64,000 nucleotides of DNA from an uncultured delta proteobacterium (GCA_963816145.1 CAWFJP010000023.1:11290-75289); one strand, 5' to 3'; numbered from the stretch's first letter, positions 47,269 through 58,243 are shown. Made by a program: numbers and translations. The notes: a model not told the origin generated them from the sequence alone.

Positions 47269-50200
47269 AAAGGATGCTCAAGCCGCCGCTCGGCCGCGGC
47301 CATTTCCGGCAACAATAAATGGAACGTTGCGCCGCGATCCCGGTTATTCTCCGCCCACAAGCGCCCGCCGTGCCGTTCAACGATCGCCCGGCTGATCGAC
47401 AATCCCATTCCCAGCCCCTCTCTTTTGGTCGTGAAGAACGGCTGAAAGATCGTGTCCAGCATATCGCTCGTCAAGCCTGAGCCGCGATCGCCGACCGATA
47501 CCTCGACCATGCCGGCGCTGCCGGAGTCGACCCGCACCGTCACCTGGCGCTCGTCGGTTGGGCATTCTTTCATCGCATCGAACGCATTGAGAAATAGATT
47601 GAGCATGACCTGTTGCAACTGAACCCGATCACCACGGACCGGTGCGACGCTCTCACCGGCTCGGCAATCCACCTTCACGTTGCGCAAAATCGCATCGCTA
47701 TGCACCAACGACACGACATCACCGACAACCGCCGTTAGATCCAAGCGCGCCAACGTGAGCTCTTCCTTGCGCACAAGCGACCGGATTCTGCGAAGGATCT
47801 CGCTGGCCCGATTGTCATCCTCGACGATATCATTGAGAATTTCCCGCACCTCGTCAAGGTTGAAGGCTTTGTTCGTGAGAAATCGTTGCGCCGCCTGGGC
47901 GTTACTCAAAATCGCCGTGAGCGGCTGATTCAACTCGTGCGCTAAGGAAGCTGCCAATTCACCCATCAAAGAGACACGCGAGACATGCGCCAACTCATCG
48001 CGTTGTTGCCGCAGTTCGGTTTCCGCCTGCTTGCGGCTGGTGATGTCGGTCGACGCGCCCAAGATCTGATTCGCAACGCCATCTTTGCCAACGATGGGCC
48101 GTTTAACGGTCTGCAACCAACGAATTCTCCCCTGCGCGTCGGTTAAATGCTCCTCCGCGATGAAGAGCTCTTGGAGTTTGTCGATCACCTCCAGGTCCAT
48201 GCGGTGGAAGTACTCGACTTCATCGCGGTTCGGATTGAAATCCGCATCGGTCTTGCCGATCAGCCCATCCACCGTCGTACCGTAAGCGTCGGCGACAGCC
48301 TGATTCACCAGCGTGAACCGTCCATCGCGATCCTTGGCAAAAATAAAATTCGGGTCGATGTCGATGACTTGACGCAAAAACGCACGCTCCTTTTCCAACG
48401 CCTCCTCGGCTTGCTTGCGCGCGCTGATGTCGACGATCGACGTTAGTACAAGAAGGCCTTCCTGGCTGTGGATCGGCGTCAGTCCGATTTCAACCAAAAC
48501 CTCGCTACCGTCTCTGCGCCGCGCGCGCAGATCCCGTCCCGGACCAAGCATCCGCGCCTGCGGCGCCGCGGCGAAGCGCGCGCGATGAGCCAGGTGGTTG
48601 TCGCGAAAACGTTCCGGTATGAGAATCTCCACCGACTGCCCGATCATCTCCTCGCGCGAGTAGCCGAACAGGATCTCGCTCTGCTGGTTCACAAGCACGA
48701 TCTGTCCCTGAGCATTTACCATGACGGTCGCATTGGATGAAGCCTCGACAGCCAGCCGAAACCTTTCATCGCCTCGCTTGATCTCACTGAGATCGGTGGC
48801 CGTACCGATGTAGCCGAGAAAGGTTCCGTCGGCTTCGAAGCGCGGCACGCCGTGGCCAAGCACCCAGCAATACTCTCCATCGCTTCTCCTCAGGCGGTAT
48901 TCCATAGAATATTCGTGCCGAGCGTCGAAGGACGTCCTGTAGAGGGTGAGACTGTGATCTAGGTCGTCCGGATTAACGCCTTCGGTCCAACCATTGCCGA
49001 GTTCCTGCTCTAGTGTCCGGCCGGTGAAGTCGAGCCAGCCTTTGTTGAAAAAGGTGCAAAGCTTGTCCGTGCCCGACATCCAAATCATGACCGGCGCTGC
49101 GTTGGCCACGGTGCGGAACCGTTCCTCGCTCTCGCGTATCGCCTGCTCGCTCCGTTTGCGCTCGGTAACGTCAAGCATCAGGCCGCGAAGCTGGAGCGGC
49201 TCGCCGGCCAAATGGTTACAATTGACGATGTCGTGCACCCAGACGACCTCCCCCGACGATCTGATCATGCGATACTCGAATTCGAAATCGTCAGCCCTCT
49301 GGCTCATGGTCAAACAGGTGTCGATCGCCCGTTGCCGATCATCCGGGTGAATATGAGAAGTCCAAAAATCTTTCTCGTACCATTGCTCGAGCGGATAACC
49401 GAGCAGCTTGACCGCCTGTGGAGTGACATAGGTAAACCTCCAACTCTCAACATCGGCCTGCCATAGAACCGCCGCCGTGTTTTCCACCAACCGTCGAAAA
49501 TTCTCCTCGCTCTCGCGCAGCACCGCTTCCATCTTTTTGCGTTCGGTGATGTCTAACAAGACACCCACCCTGTGCACGCCACGGCCGCCCACTACGTTGA
49601 CGGTCGATCCTTTCGCTAACACCCAGCGCTCCCTGCCGTCGGCCAGTCGGGTGCGAAACTCGCCTTCAAACGGCGCGTTGGCTTGCTGGGCGCGCTCGAC
49701 TTCGGCTACGATTCGCTCTTTGTCATCAGGATGAATGCGGCTAAGTATGTCGCCCACCCGGACAGCTTCATTCGGGCCGATACCAAGCTCGGCGCGTAGC
49801 ACCGGGTTAACCCAGACATCGTTTCCGTTGAGACCGCGCGCCCATAAGCCCAACCTGCCGGCGCGGGTCGCCATCTCCAGTAATTCCTGGTTATCCCGAA
49901 GCTCTTTTTCAGCCCGGCGCCGATTCAATCGATTGAAAACCAAGCCGGAAATCAAAGCGGCTTGCAGCAAGAAAACCCCCAGCGCAATAACGATATACCC
50001 GCGATATTGATCCCAAATTGAAGTCGGCCTGAAGTGAACCCTACTGTTTTGCGGCAGGCGACTTTCGCCGATACGCCAGCGCTGCAACGCGCGCCAGTCG
50101 AAGATCGGCACTCCCGTGCTCCGGACTTCCAACCGCAAAGACTTGGGCTCGGCACCCCGCAGAATCAGTTCGCCCAGTTCACCGGCGCGCTTTCCCAGCG

Positions 50201-51077
50201 CCAGGGTATCTGCAACCGAACCGCCGACTGCGCCCGTGCCGAGCATGGGGTCTGACATGACATAAACGGGAGCATTGGACACCTTGGCGATCGCCTGGGC
50301 CGCCTGCGACGAAATGACTGCCCGGCCAGCGCCATCGCGAAACATCCGGGTAAAAAGAATTGCGGTTCTGGGCGGCAAAGCACTTACGCCCTGTAGAATG
50401 GCGTCCATCGAGCGATCGGCCCAGACCTCGACCTCGACTCTTCCGCCAAACGAGCGCGCAACCTTCGTCGCTCGGGCCATGACTTGACGATCCACCTCGG
50501 CGACTCCGCCGATGAGCAAGATGCGCTCAATTTCCGGCTGCAACCGGAGAATCAATTCGATGGTTCCGCCGGGGTCGGAGCGTTGAACGGTGCCGGCTAA
50601 GTACTGGCTAACTTTCGACCCGGACAGTTCCTCCTCGCTCAATCCGACGGCGACCACAGGAGTGCCTGGGAAGATATCGTCAAGCAGTTGCTGGGCGACG
50701 ACCAAGTTGCCGACAAAAATCAGCACGATCACATCGGGAACATCGTCAACGTATTTATTGCGCAAGTAATCGCGGAAAAGCGAATGAAAGGTTTTGCTCG
50801 GAAAGCGAACGATATCGAGATACTCGGAATAAAGCTCAAGCTCGCCGGCGTGCAGCTTGCGCAATTCGTCAATCGCGCTTTGCTCAACAAGCGGAAAGCC
50901 CGGCGAGAACCGGCTGCCGGTCGACAGCACCAACACTCGTTTGGCACGCGAGGAATCTGCGCCGAGGAGGCGCCCGGCCGCGGCAACGCCGGCAAGCACA
51001 CACAGGAGACAAATAAACCAGCGCCTTAGGAATGGGCCTGGGGGGTGCTTGGTAAGGATAGTGTCGGAAGGTGCCAC
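47265..51077 (-). CDS. Sensor histidine kinase: periplasmic PBP-like domain, TM, five PAS/PAC units, HisKA, HATPase_c
   Basis: 1270 aa. The periplasmic domain and first PAS are homologous to those of the sigma-54 activator at 27354-30476 (e.g. DWRALQRWRIGESRLPQNSRVHFRPTSIWDQYRGY versus [35 protein letters not shown]). H-box LAASLAHELNQPLTAI. N and G boxes (FLNAFDAM, GDRGSGL, GLGMGLSISR). Confidence 0.9.
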   Translation of the reverse strand: MAPSDTILTKHPPGPFLRRWFICLLCVLAGVAAAGRLLGADSSRAKRVLVLSTGSRFSPGFPLVEQSAIDELRKLHAGELELYSEYLDIVRFPSKTFHSLFRDYLRNKYVDDVPDVIVLIFVGNLVVAQQLLDDIFPGTPVVAVGLSEEELSGSKVSQYLAGTVQRSDPGGTIELILRLQPEIERILLIGGVAEVDRQVMARATKVARSFGGRVEVEVWADRSMDAILQGVSALPPRTAILFTRMFRDGAGRAVISSQAAQAIAKVSNAPVYVMSDPMLGTGAVGGSVADTLALGKRAGELGELILRGAEPKSLRLEVRSTGVPIFDWRALQRWRIGESRLPQNSRVHFRPTSIWDQYRGYIVIALGVFLLQAALISGLVFNRLNRRRAEKELRDNQELLEMATRAGRLGLWARGLNGNDVWVNPVLRAELGIGPNEAVRVGDILSRIHPDDKERIVAEVERAQQANAPFEGEFRTRLADGRERWVLAKGSTVNVVGGRGVHRVGVLLDITERKKMEAVLRESEENFRRLVENTAAVLWQADVESWRFTYVTPQAVKLLGYPLEQWYEKDFWTSHIHPDDRQRAIDTCLTMSQRADDFEFEYRMIRSSGEVVWVHDIVNCNHLAGEPLQLRGLMLDVTERKRSEQAIRESEERFRTVANAAPVMIWMSGTDKLCTFFNKGWLDFTGRTLEQELGNGWTEGVNPDDLDHSLTLYRTSFDARHEYSMEYRLRRSDGEYCWVLGHGVPRFEADGTFLGYIGTATDLSEIKRGDERFRLAVEASSNATVMVNAQGQIVLVNQQSEILFGYSREEMIGQSVEILIPERFRDNHLAHRARFAAAPQARMLGPGRDLRARRRDGSEVLVEIGLTPIHSQEGLLVLTSIVDISARKQAEEALEKERAFLRQVIDIDPNFIFAKDRDGRFTLVNQAVADAYGTTVDGLIGKTDADFNPNRDEVEYFHRMDLEVIDKLQELFIAEEHLTDAQGRIRWLQTVKRPIVGKDGVANQILGASTDITSRKQAETELRQQRDELAHVSRVSLMGELAASLAHELNQPLTAILSNAQAAQRFLTNKAFNLDEVREILNDIVEDDNRASEILRRIRSLVRKEELTLARLDLTAVVGDVVSLVHSDAILRNVKVDCRAGESVAPVRGDRVQLQQVMLNLFLNAFDAMKECPTDERQVTVRVDSGSAGMVEVSVGDRGSGLTSDMLDTIFQPFFTTKREGLGMGLSISRAIVERHGGRLWAENNRDRGATFHLLLPEMAAAERRLEHPL

Positions 51078-51148
51078 GGCACCGTGACTTTACGAACACA
51101 GGCCACGGGAATCAAGCGCGGCGCGCCTCGCGCAACGTTATCTTAATG

Positions 51149-51556
51149 TTAGAAGACGCGATCGTTGGTTTCTTCCACCAACCAATCGTTGGCCCTCTTT
51201 TCCTCGTAGAAAACCCCAACGTCAACCCCCAGCGCCGAATTGGGCAACCTTAACAGCCGCAATAGACCGAATTGCTCTTGATGCCGGGGTGTCACCAGCG
51301 CAAGTTTTAAGTTGCTACCGTCGGTCCACGGAAAGCTGGCTAGCGCACACTTCAAATCGACAAGTTCGTCGAGACCTAAATCGCACGTAGTATCCTGGAC
51401 ATCGATCAAGATTTTACAAGCGTTGAGCGGCCTAGTGAGGTCGACAACTTCCTCCATCAGCCGCAGAAAGGAATCTCTATTAATAAGTCCGCGGGCGACG
51501 ATAACTAGACAATGTCCATTATTTTGCCAGTAAAACAATTTGAGCTGATGATTCAT
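51149..51556 (-). CDS. Hypothetical protein (STAS-like fold possible)
   Basis: The ATG at 51556 is preferred over the TTG at 51637. No recognised motif. Divergent from the AraC-family gene. Confidence 0.4.
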   Translation of the reverse strand: MNHQLKLFYWQNNGHCLVIVARGLINRDSFLRLMEEVVDLTRPLNACKILIDVQDTTCDLGLDELVDLKCALASFPWTDGSNLKLALVTPRHQEQFGLLRLLRLPNSALGVDVGVFYEEKRANDWLVEETNDRVF

Positions 51557-51649
51557 GCGTACTCGTTTAATGTCTAGCCGCCTGGTTGTCTTGACTTTCC
51601 GTGACACTCGATTGACAGTTGGCGCCCGATTCGGCAAAGCAATAGATCT

Positions 51650-52663
51650 ATGGGCATTCGACCGCTAATCTCCAGCAGCGTGACCACAGGTCTGATCGAT
51701 GCCATCGCCGCCACCAATGCCGATGTGGATCAGGTCAGAAAATCGTTGACGCACGACTTCACTACTTTGGCCAACGCACAGGGTTTTATCGCCTGCGCTG
51801 ATTTCGCTCGTTTGCTGGAGGAGATCGCGCAAGCGACCGGCGACGGGTGCTTTGGCCTCCACTATGGCGAGCGCAGCAACCCAAAAAATCTCGGCCCGCT
51901 GATTTATGCGGTCCTCAACTCGCCGACGATTGCAATAGCGTGCGCGACCGCAGCGCGTTATCTTCATGTTCATAATCAGGCTTTGCAGCCGACTTTAGAC
52001 GTCGATTCCAAGCTCGCGCATTTCGCCTACTCTTACGCCAATGTTGGACTGGAGAACTCAAGACAGTTCAGTGAATTTACCATGGCGGGCGTGCTGAACA
52101 CTTTTCGAATCATGGTGGGCAGCCAATGGACGCCAAGGGAAATTCAATTTACCCACGACGCCCCGAAATCGATAACCGAACACCAGCGAATTTTCAGCGC
52201 GCCGGTTATTTTTCGCTGCGCCAGCAATGCGCTGGTAATGGAACGCGAGTTCCTTGACCGCACGATTCCGGCCGCGGATCATCGCTTATATGGGATTTTG
52301 AGCCGGTATCTCGACGATGTGATCAATAAAATACCCCAGGAAGACCGCCTGGTTGCCACGATCCGAAAAGCGATCGGCGAATCACTCAAGGATGGCACGC
52401 CGCAGCTCGCCGGCGTGGCGAAATCGTTTGCGGTCAGCCCGCGCACGTTGCAGCGACGACTGGATAAACAGGGCCTCGAATTCAAAAAGTTAGTGCATGA
52501 CACCCGCCGTCAGTTCGCGCTGGAATATTTACGGGACCAGGAAAACACACTGACGCAGATTGCTTTTTTGTTGGGCTATTCGGAAGTGAGCGCGTTTAAC
52601 CGGGCGTTCAAGCGCTGGACGGGCTCGACGCCATTGGACTACCGCCGCAACCAAGTCACCTGA
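51650..52663 (+). CDS. AraC-family transcriptional regulator with N-terminal ligand-binding domain
   Basis: 337 aa. The C-terminal double HTH (LAGVAKSFAVSPRTLQRRL...LTQIAFLLGYSEVSAFNRAFKRWTGSTP) is typical of AraC/XylS. Confidence 0.85.
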   Translation: MGIRPLISSSVTTGLIDAIAATNADVDQVRKSLTHDFTTLANAQGFIACADFARLLEEIAQATGDGCFGLHYGERSNPKNLGPLIYAVLNSPTIAIACATAARYLHVHNQALQPTLDVDSKLAHFAYSYANVGLENSRQFSEFTMAGVLNTFRIMVGSQWTPREIQFTHDAPKSITEHQRIFSAPVIFRCASNALVMEREFLDRTIPAADHRLYGILSRYLDDVINKIPQEDRLVATIRKAIGESLKDGTPQLAGVAKSFAVSPRTLQRRLDKQGLEFKKLVHDTRRQFALEYLRDQENTLTQIAFLLGYSEVSAFNRAFKRWTGSTPLDYRRNQVT

Positions 52664-52791
52664 ACCAAACGATCCTCGATTCCGGGCCGAGGAATATTTG
52701 ACTTGTCGACGGCAACCGGTCGGGTGATAAAATGTCACCCTACCCACCCCGCTTTCAGCCGATATTAGGTTCGCAACCTAACCCACTTACT

Positions 52792-54165
52792 CTATAGCCG
52801 CTGCTGATCAGTAATTTGAGCCTGCTTCGAATCGACTTCTTGGGCCAACTGCCGTATCACCGGGGAGATTCGTACCGGATATTCCGCCGCGCGTTCCAAT
52901 CCTCTCAGCGCATCGGGCAAGCGATCTAGTTCGCGCAAAGCGCGGGCGCGAGCATCATTGAGCGGCACGGGTGGGCCGATTCTTCGTCCCCTGCTCATCA
53001 CTGGTTGGAGCAAGGCTTCGCCGTCGACCCGATCGCCATCCAACGTCAGAATATCGCCGGCCATTCGCCCATCGCGCTCGTAGCTGCGAATGATTTGCTT
53101 CCGACCGGGCCAAAGCACTTTTCCTTCTGACCGTTTGCGCCGTGCACGTCCGGCGTATTCCACGAGTTTGTACGCGCAGTCCAAATAAGGCGCGTCGGCC
53201 GAGGTATCCATATGCGTGCCGATGCCGTAGCCGTCAATGGGAGCGTTCTGCTTTACGAGCCGGGCAAGGACATACTCATCCACGCTGCCGCTGGCGAAGA
53301 TCGTCGCGTCTCTGAGACCGCCGTCATCGAGAATGCGCCGCACCTTGAAGGCGTGGTCGGCCAGGTCGCCGCTGTCCAAACGAACGCCTTTGATCTTGAT
53401 GCCATCGCGCGCCAGCTTGGGCGCCAGCGCGACGACCTTTTCTGCGGCGGCTTCGGTGTCATAGGTATCGATCAAGAGAATCACATTTCCCGGCAGAGAG
53501 CGCGCGAAATGTTCGAAGGCGGTAGTCTCATCGTCGTGCGCCTGAACGAAGGAATGCGCCATGGTGCCGAAAACCGGCACGCCGTACAGCGGCGCGGCTA
53601 GAACCGTAGCGCTGCCCGCAAACCCAGCGAGATAGCTCGCGCGGGCAGCGAGCAAACCCGCCTCGGCACCATGAGCGCGGCGCAGACCAAAATCGACGAG
53701 TAATTTACCGGGAGCCATCAACACCGAGCGCGCAGCTTTTGACGCGATAAGAGTTTGGAAGTGGAGCAAGTTAATCAACCGGCTTTCCACCAGCTGAGCT
53801 TCGGCGATCGGCGCAGTCACGCGCAGGATCGGTTCGTTGGTGAAAAACACGGTCCCTTCAGGCATAGCGTGGACGGCGCCAGTGAAGCGAACTTGTTCCA
53901 AGTAGTTGACGAAGCCGGGGCGAAAAGCGCCGTGATTTGAAATCCAATCAAGCTCTTGCGCTGTAAATCGCACGTTCTCAAGAAATTCGAGCCCCTGTTC
54001 CAGTCCGGCGGCGATCAGAAAGTTTCGCTGGCCCGGCAACTTGCGCACGAAAAATTCAAACACTGCGGTCTCCTCCATGCCCTGATCGAAGTAACCCTGC
54101 AGCATGGTGAGCTGGTAAAGATCGGTTAACAGCGCGCTTGACGACGCGTTTGACTCAAATATCAT
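52792..54165 (-). CDS. pncB: Nicotinate phosphoribosyltransferase
   Basis: 457 aa. ALLTDLYQLTMLQGYF...FEFFVRKLP...GTMAHSFVQAH...IDTYDT matches NAPRTase. Confidence 0.9.
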   Translation of the reverse strand: MIFESNASSSALLTDLYQLTMLQGYFDQGMEETAVFEFFVRKLPGQRNFLIAAGLEQGLEFLENVRFTAQELDWISNHGAFRPGFVNYLEQVRFTGAVHAMPEGTVFFTNEPILRVTAPIAEAQLVESRLINLLHFQTLIASKAARSVLMAPGKLLVDFGLRRAHGAEAGLLAARASYLAGFAGSATVLAAPLYGVPVFGTMAHSFVQAHDDETTAFEHFARSLPGNVILLIDTYDTEAAAEKVVALAPKLARDGIKIKGVRLDSGDLADHAFKVRRILDDGGLRDATIFASGSVDEYVLARLVKQNAPIDGYGIGTHMDTSADAPYLDCAYKLVEYAGRARRKRSEGKVLWPGRKQIIRSYERDGRMAGDILTLDGDRVDGEALLQPVMSRGRRIGPPVPLNDARARALRELDRLPDALRGLERAAEYPVRISPVIRQLAQEVDSKQAQITDQQRL

Positions 54166-54732
54166 TTCACCTCATCGTGGCTTGCCGCCGCCCCATCGTC
54201 CATTTAACTCTGAAAATCGCATATGGCGTGCCAGCGCATATCGACTCTTAGCGCCACTGCAAGACCAGGATCACAGGAATACTCCGCGCGTCATTCGCGA
54301 TTTCAAGAAGTTTAACCGGCCAGCTATATCAAAATTGCAAAAACCGAAGAACGTGATCACTGAGAAACATCCCGATCCTCCAGATCGTCAGACTTGGTTT
54401 AATGAGTTCAGGTGCGGGCGGCTGTTTGAAGCGAGCTGACCACGATTCGGCTGTCGCTTTACGGGCTTTGTCCGACGAGACTGGCTGATTGCTAGGATTG
54501 CCGCGAACGGATTTGGCATGGCCTAAAATTTGGATGATTGTTAGAAGCAAAATACAATCCTGAAGCCCGGCAAAATCGCTACGCGACGCGCTGTGGTTGG
54601 CTGGGAATGCTTACCGAACCGCACCGCCCCCCGGAGCGGCAGTGAGTTATGGGCTAAGGGCACTAAATGCGCCGAGGCGAAATATGAGGCGCTACTAAGC
54701 GGTTCTTTAACGCCCATTGGGAGGACACGCAC

Positions 54733-55396
54733 ATGAGCAGCCCAGCGGCCAAAGGAAATCAAGCCAGAACAGAGGTCAATATCCCCGTCAATGGCGTTTT
54801 TCTCGAGGGGATTCTTACCGTCCCAATGCATGCCAGAGGGTAACGTGTTATTCGTTCACGGCAGCGGCAGCAGCCGGCTCAGTCCGCGCAATAATTTTGT
54901 TGCCGCGGCGCTTAACCAGGCGAGATTCGCCACCCTGCTCATGGACTTACTGACTAGTCAGGAAGACGCCACCTACGACAACCGCTTCGACATTGAGCTG
55001 CTCACCCGGCGGCTCGAACGGGCGTCTCAGTGGCTCATGGAGCAACCCGGATGTGCGTCGCTGCCGATCGGCTTCTTCGGCGCCAGCACGGGTGCGGCGG
55101 CGGCGCTGAATGCCGCAGCGATACTGGGTCCGCTCGTCGGCGCCGTGGTATCACGCGGCGGCCGGCCGGATCTGGCCATGGACTCTTTGCCTCGAGTGCA
55201 AGCGCCGACGTTATTGATTGTCGGCAGCCTGGACGATGTCGTCATAGAACTGAATCAACAGGCGTATAGGATACTCAAGAGCGAAAAGCATCTGGCGATC
55301 GTTAAGGGAGCGACCCATTTGTTCGAGGAGCCGGGAACCCTGCAAGAAGTAACCCGGTTAGCCACGGTTTGGTTCAGCAAACACCTCGGACGCTAA
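54733..55396 (+). pseudogene. Dienelactone-hydrolase-like alpha/beta hydrolase, N-terminus displaced by one extra G
   Basis: The ATG at 54733 has GGGAGG 9 nt upstream and encodes MSSPAAKGNQARTEVNIPVNGVFLEGILTVPMHARG, then TAA. Deleting one G of the GGG run at 54838-54840 joins it to NVLFVHGSGSSRLSPRN... (ORF 54791-55396). Confidence 0.7.
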
Positions 55397-55459
55397 CCTA
55401 GGAATGTTATGCTGGCACAATCGACCTACGGTTAAGCTTCAAAAGGGACGCGCCTTAGA

Positions 55460-57241
55460 ATGGCACCAAGGATGTCCAATTCTTCGTTAACCGATACCGC
55501 GCCTTCAAGCCGCACTCGATCCGAAACTGCGCGGGTCATTCTCGCTGAACGTTATTTGCGGCGTGACGATCACGGGAAAATCATCGAGACTGTTGACGAA
55601 ATGTTCGTACGGGTCGGACGCGCCGTCGCCCAGCCCGCCCGTCGCTATGGCGAAGATGTGGAATTTTGGCAGGAACGTTTTGTCGAACGGATGCGTCGAT
55701 GCGAATTTTTGCCCAACTCGCCAACTCTGATGAACGCAGGTTTACCCAACGGCCAACTGGCCGCCTGCTTCGTCCTGCCGGTCGAGGACGACCTCGATTC
55801 CATATTCACCGCGCTTGGTCAGATGGCACGCATTCATCAGACCGGCGGCGGCACGGGCTTTTCTTTCAGTCGCTTGCGCCCGCGCGACGACCGCGTGCGC
55901 TCCACGGGCGGGACCACTTCGGGGCCGTTGTCCTTCATGGAACTTTTCGATCAAACCACGGAAGTTATTCGCCGGGGCGGCAGACGGCGCGGCGCCAACA
56001 TGGCGGTGCTGCGGGTCGATCACCCAGACATTGAAGCCTTCATCGACGCCAAGAAGGATGCGCGGCGGCTGCAGAACTTTAACCTCTCGGTGGGCATCAC
56101 TGATGAATTTTGGTCAGCGTTGACGCAAGACAAAGCATTTGCTTTACGCAACCCTCGTAGCGGCGCGATCATCGGCCGCGTCAAAGCCCGCCAACTTTTC
56201 AACAAGATTACCGAAGCAGCCTGGATCTGCGGCGATCCTGGTCTGCTTTTTCTCGACGAGATCAATCGCGCCAATCCAACACCCGCGCTCGGTGCCATCG
56301 AGGCGACCAATCCATGCGGTGAGCAGCCGCTGCTCCCTTACGAATCTTGCACGCTCGGATCGCTCAACCTGGCGGCCTTTGCTGCGGACAATGATCTAGA
56401 CTGGCAAAAATTCGCCGCCGCGATTTACGACGCGGTCGTCTTTCTTGATAACGTGATCGACGCGAATCATTACTCATTTCCGGCAATCCAATCGGCAACG
56501 CGCCAAACTCGAAAGATTGGCCTTGGGGTCATGGGCCTGGCGGATCTCTTCGCGCAATTGGGTATGGCCTACGATTCGGAGGCTGCGGTGGCACTTGCAG
56601 ACAAAATTGCCAGATTTCTTAGCAGTGAAGCTAGAGCCGCCTCCGTTGAGCTCGGGGAAAGGCGTGATTCTTTTCCGGCGTTCTCACAAAGTGTGTGGCG
56701 GCGGCGTGGGGTTTCGTCGCTGCGCAACGCTACCGCGACCTGCATCGCCCCGACCGGCACCATCAGCTTGATCGCCGGAGTGTCCCCATCCATCGAGCCA
56801 TTTTTCGCTCTGGCGCTGTCCCGCCTGGTAATCGATCACCCAGCGCGAACAGAAATGAATCCGCTGCTAAAAAGCGAGTTGGCAAAGCTAGGAACTTCAG
56901 ACGTGAGCGATCTCGATATCATCAAACATCACGGTTCGATTCGCGGCTTGAGCCTATTACCCGAGGCGCTTCGCCGCCGTTTTCCAATCGCTCTGGAAAT
57001 TTCGCCGCAGTATCACCTGCGGATGCAAGCAGCTTTCCAAACCCATGTCGACGCGGCGGTATCCAAAACCGTAAACTTGCCGAACCAGGCGCCGCAATCG
57101 ACGGTCGAAGAGATTTTTACCCTCGCGCGGGAGTTGCGGCTCAAGGGTGTGACGGTTTACCGTTACGGTAGCCGCGCGGGCCAGACATTGTCGCTCGTCG
57201 AAGACCAATTGCAGCCCGACTGCCGGGAATGCGCGGTGTAA
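55460..57241 (+). CDS. nrdJ: Adenosylcobalamin-dependent (class II) ribonucleotide reductase
   Basis: 593 aa. ERYLRRDDHGKIIE..., LPNSPTLMNAG, ACFVLPVEDDL, TGGGTGFSFSRLRP, RRGANMAVLRVDHPDIEAFI, NPCGEQPLLPYESC. Confidence 0.9.
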   Translation: MAPRMSNSSLTDTAPSSRTRSETARVILAERYLRRDDHGKIIETVDEMFVRVGRAVAQPARRYGEDVEFWQERFVERMRRCEFLPNSPTLMNAGLPNGQLAACFVLPVEDDLDSIFTALGQMARIHQTGGGTGFSFSRLRPRDDRVRSTGGTTSGPLSFMELFDQTTEVIRRGGRRRGANMAVLRVDHPDIEAFIDAKKDARRLQNFNLSVGITDEFWSALTQDKAFALRNPRSGAIIGRVKARQLFNKITEAAWICGDPGLLFLDEINRANPTPALGAIEATNPCGEQPLLPYESCTLGSLNLAAFAADNDLDWQKFAAAIYDAVVFLDNVIDANHYSFPAIQSATRQTRKIGLGVMGLADLFAQLGMAYDSEAAVALADKIARFLSSEARAASVELGERRDSFPAFSQSVWRRRGVSSLRNATATCIAPTGTISLIAGVSPSIEPFFALALSRLVIDHPARTEMNPLLKSELAKLGTSDVSDLDIIKHHGSIRGLSLLPEALRRRFPIALEISPQYHLRMQAAFQTHVDAAVSKTVNLPNQAPQSTVEEIFTLARELRLKGVTVYRYGSRAGQTLSLVEDQLQPDCRECAV

Positions 57242-57382
57242 TCTCGACCGTCACGGTACCCGGCAACCAATCAAGACACCCGGCGTTCAAACACGAATCT
57301 TCTTGATCGGGCTGCGCTTAGGCCAAGGATTCTGCTTTCGAGATTAACCCGATCATTCGGTGAAGTCAGAAAATACCGCATC

Positions 57383-58243
57383 ATGAATTGGCCATTCGTG
57401 CAGCGCGTCATCATCATGAGTTTGCTGCTGTGCGGCCTGCTGCACCGGCAGACCTTCGCAGCCAGTGAGAGACCGATGACAGCAGCCAAGCAACCGGATA
57501 CTGAAGCGACCGTTTGCGGCACTTTTCGTGAGCCTTTCATGTTTTGGCTGTGGCACAGAATGGCCGGCGCAGCTGATCCGCAAGCTCTCGTCAATATTCC
57601 CGGCTTGGAGCGGCTCACATTTAACACTCGAGACGGGATTACACTGGCCGGCTACAAGCTCGCCGCCGTCAATCCGACCGCTTATCTCTTGGTCGCGCAA
57701 GGCAATGCCATGCTCGCCGATCAACTCATCGCCGACCTGCAGACGTTTCGCGACCACGGCTGGGACGTCTATATTTATGACTACCGTGGTTATGGCAATT
57801 CACAAGGAAAGAGCCGCCTGGCGGCGATCGTTGATGATTATGGCGAAATCGTGGCTCATCTAAACACACAGGGCTATAAGCAGCGCTTGCTATACGGCAT
57901 CTCCATGGGCGGAGTGATTCTGCTCAACGCGGTGGGAAAGACCGATCTGTACACGCGCTTGGTGGTCGATTCTTCCCCAGCGCGCATCTCGCACCTCGGC
58001 TGCCCGGAACAATATGACCCGGTCGCCCATTTGCCGAACGATGGAGCGCGGGTGATGATAATTTCCGGCGCACGGGATCGCGTTGTCTCACCTGACCAAA
58101 TGGACGAACTGCTACGTAGCGCCAGGTCACGTGGCGCTCGGATTCTCCAGGACAGAGAATTCGCTCACCCCTATCAGGATTCCTCGATGGCGATCCACCG
58201 CCGCCGGCAACGTGAAGTAGCGACTTTTCTCGATCACGAGTGA
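57383..58243 (+). CDS. Secreted alpha/beta-fold hydrolase
   Basis: 286 aa with a signal peptide. Nucleophile elbow GISMGG. Typical spacing of Asp and His (SGARDRVV, FAHPY). Confidence 0.7.
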   Translation: MNWPFVQRVIIMSLLLCGLLHRQTFAASERPMTAAKQPDTEATVCGTFREPFMFWLWHRMAGAADPQALVNIPGLERLTFNTRDGITLAGYKLAAVNPTAYLLVAQGNAMLADQLIADLQTFRDHGWDVYIYDYRGYGNSQGKSRLAAIVDDYGEIVAHLNTQGYKQRLLYGISMGGVILLNAVGKTDLYTRLVVDSSPARISHLGCPEQYDPVAHLPNDGARVMIISGARDRVVSPDQMDELLRSARSRGARILQDREFAHPYQDSSMAIHRRRQREVATFLDHE

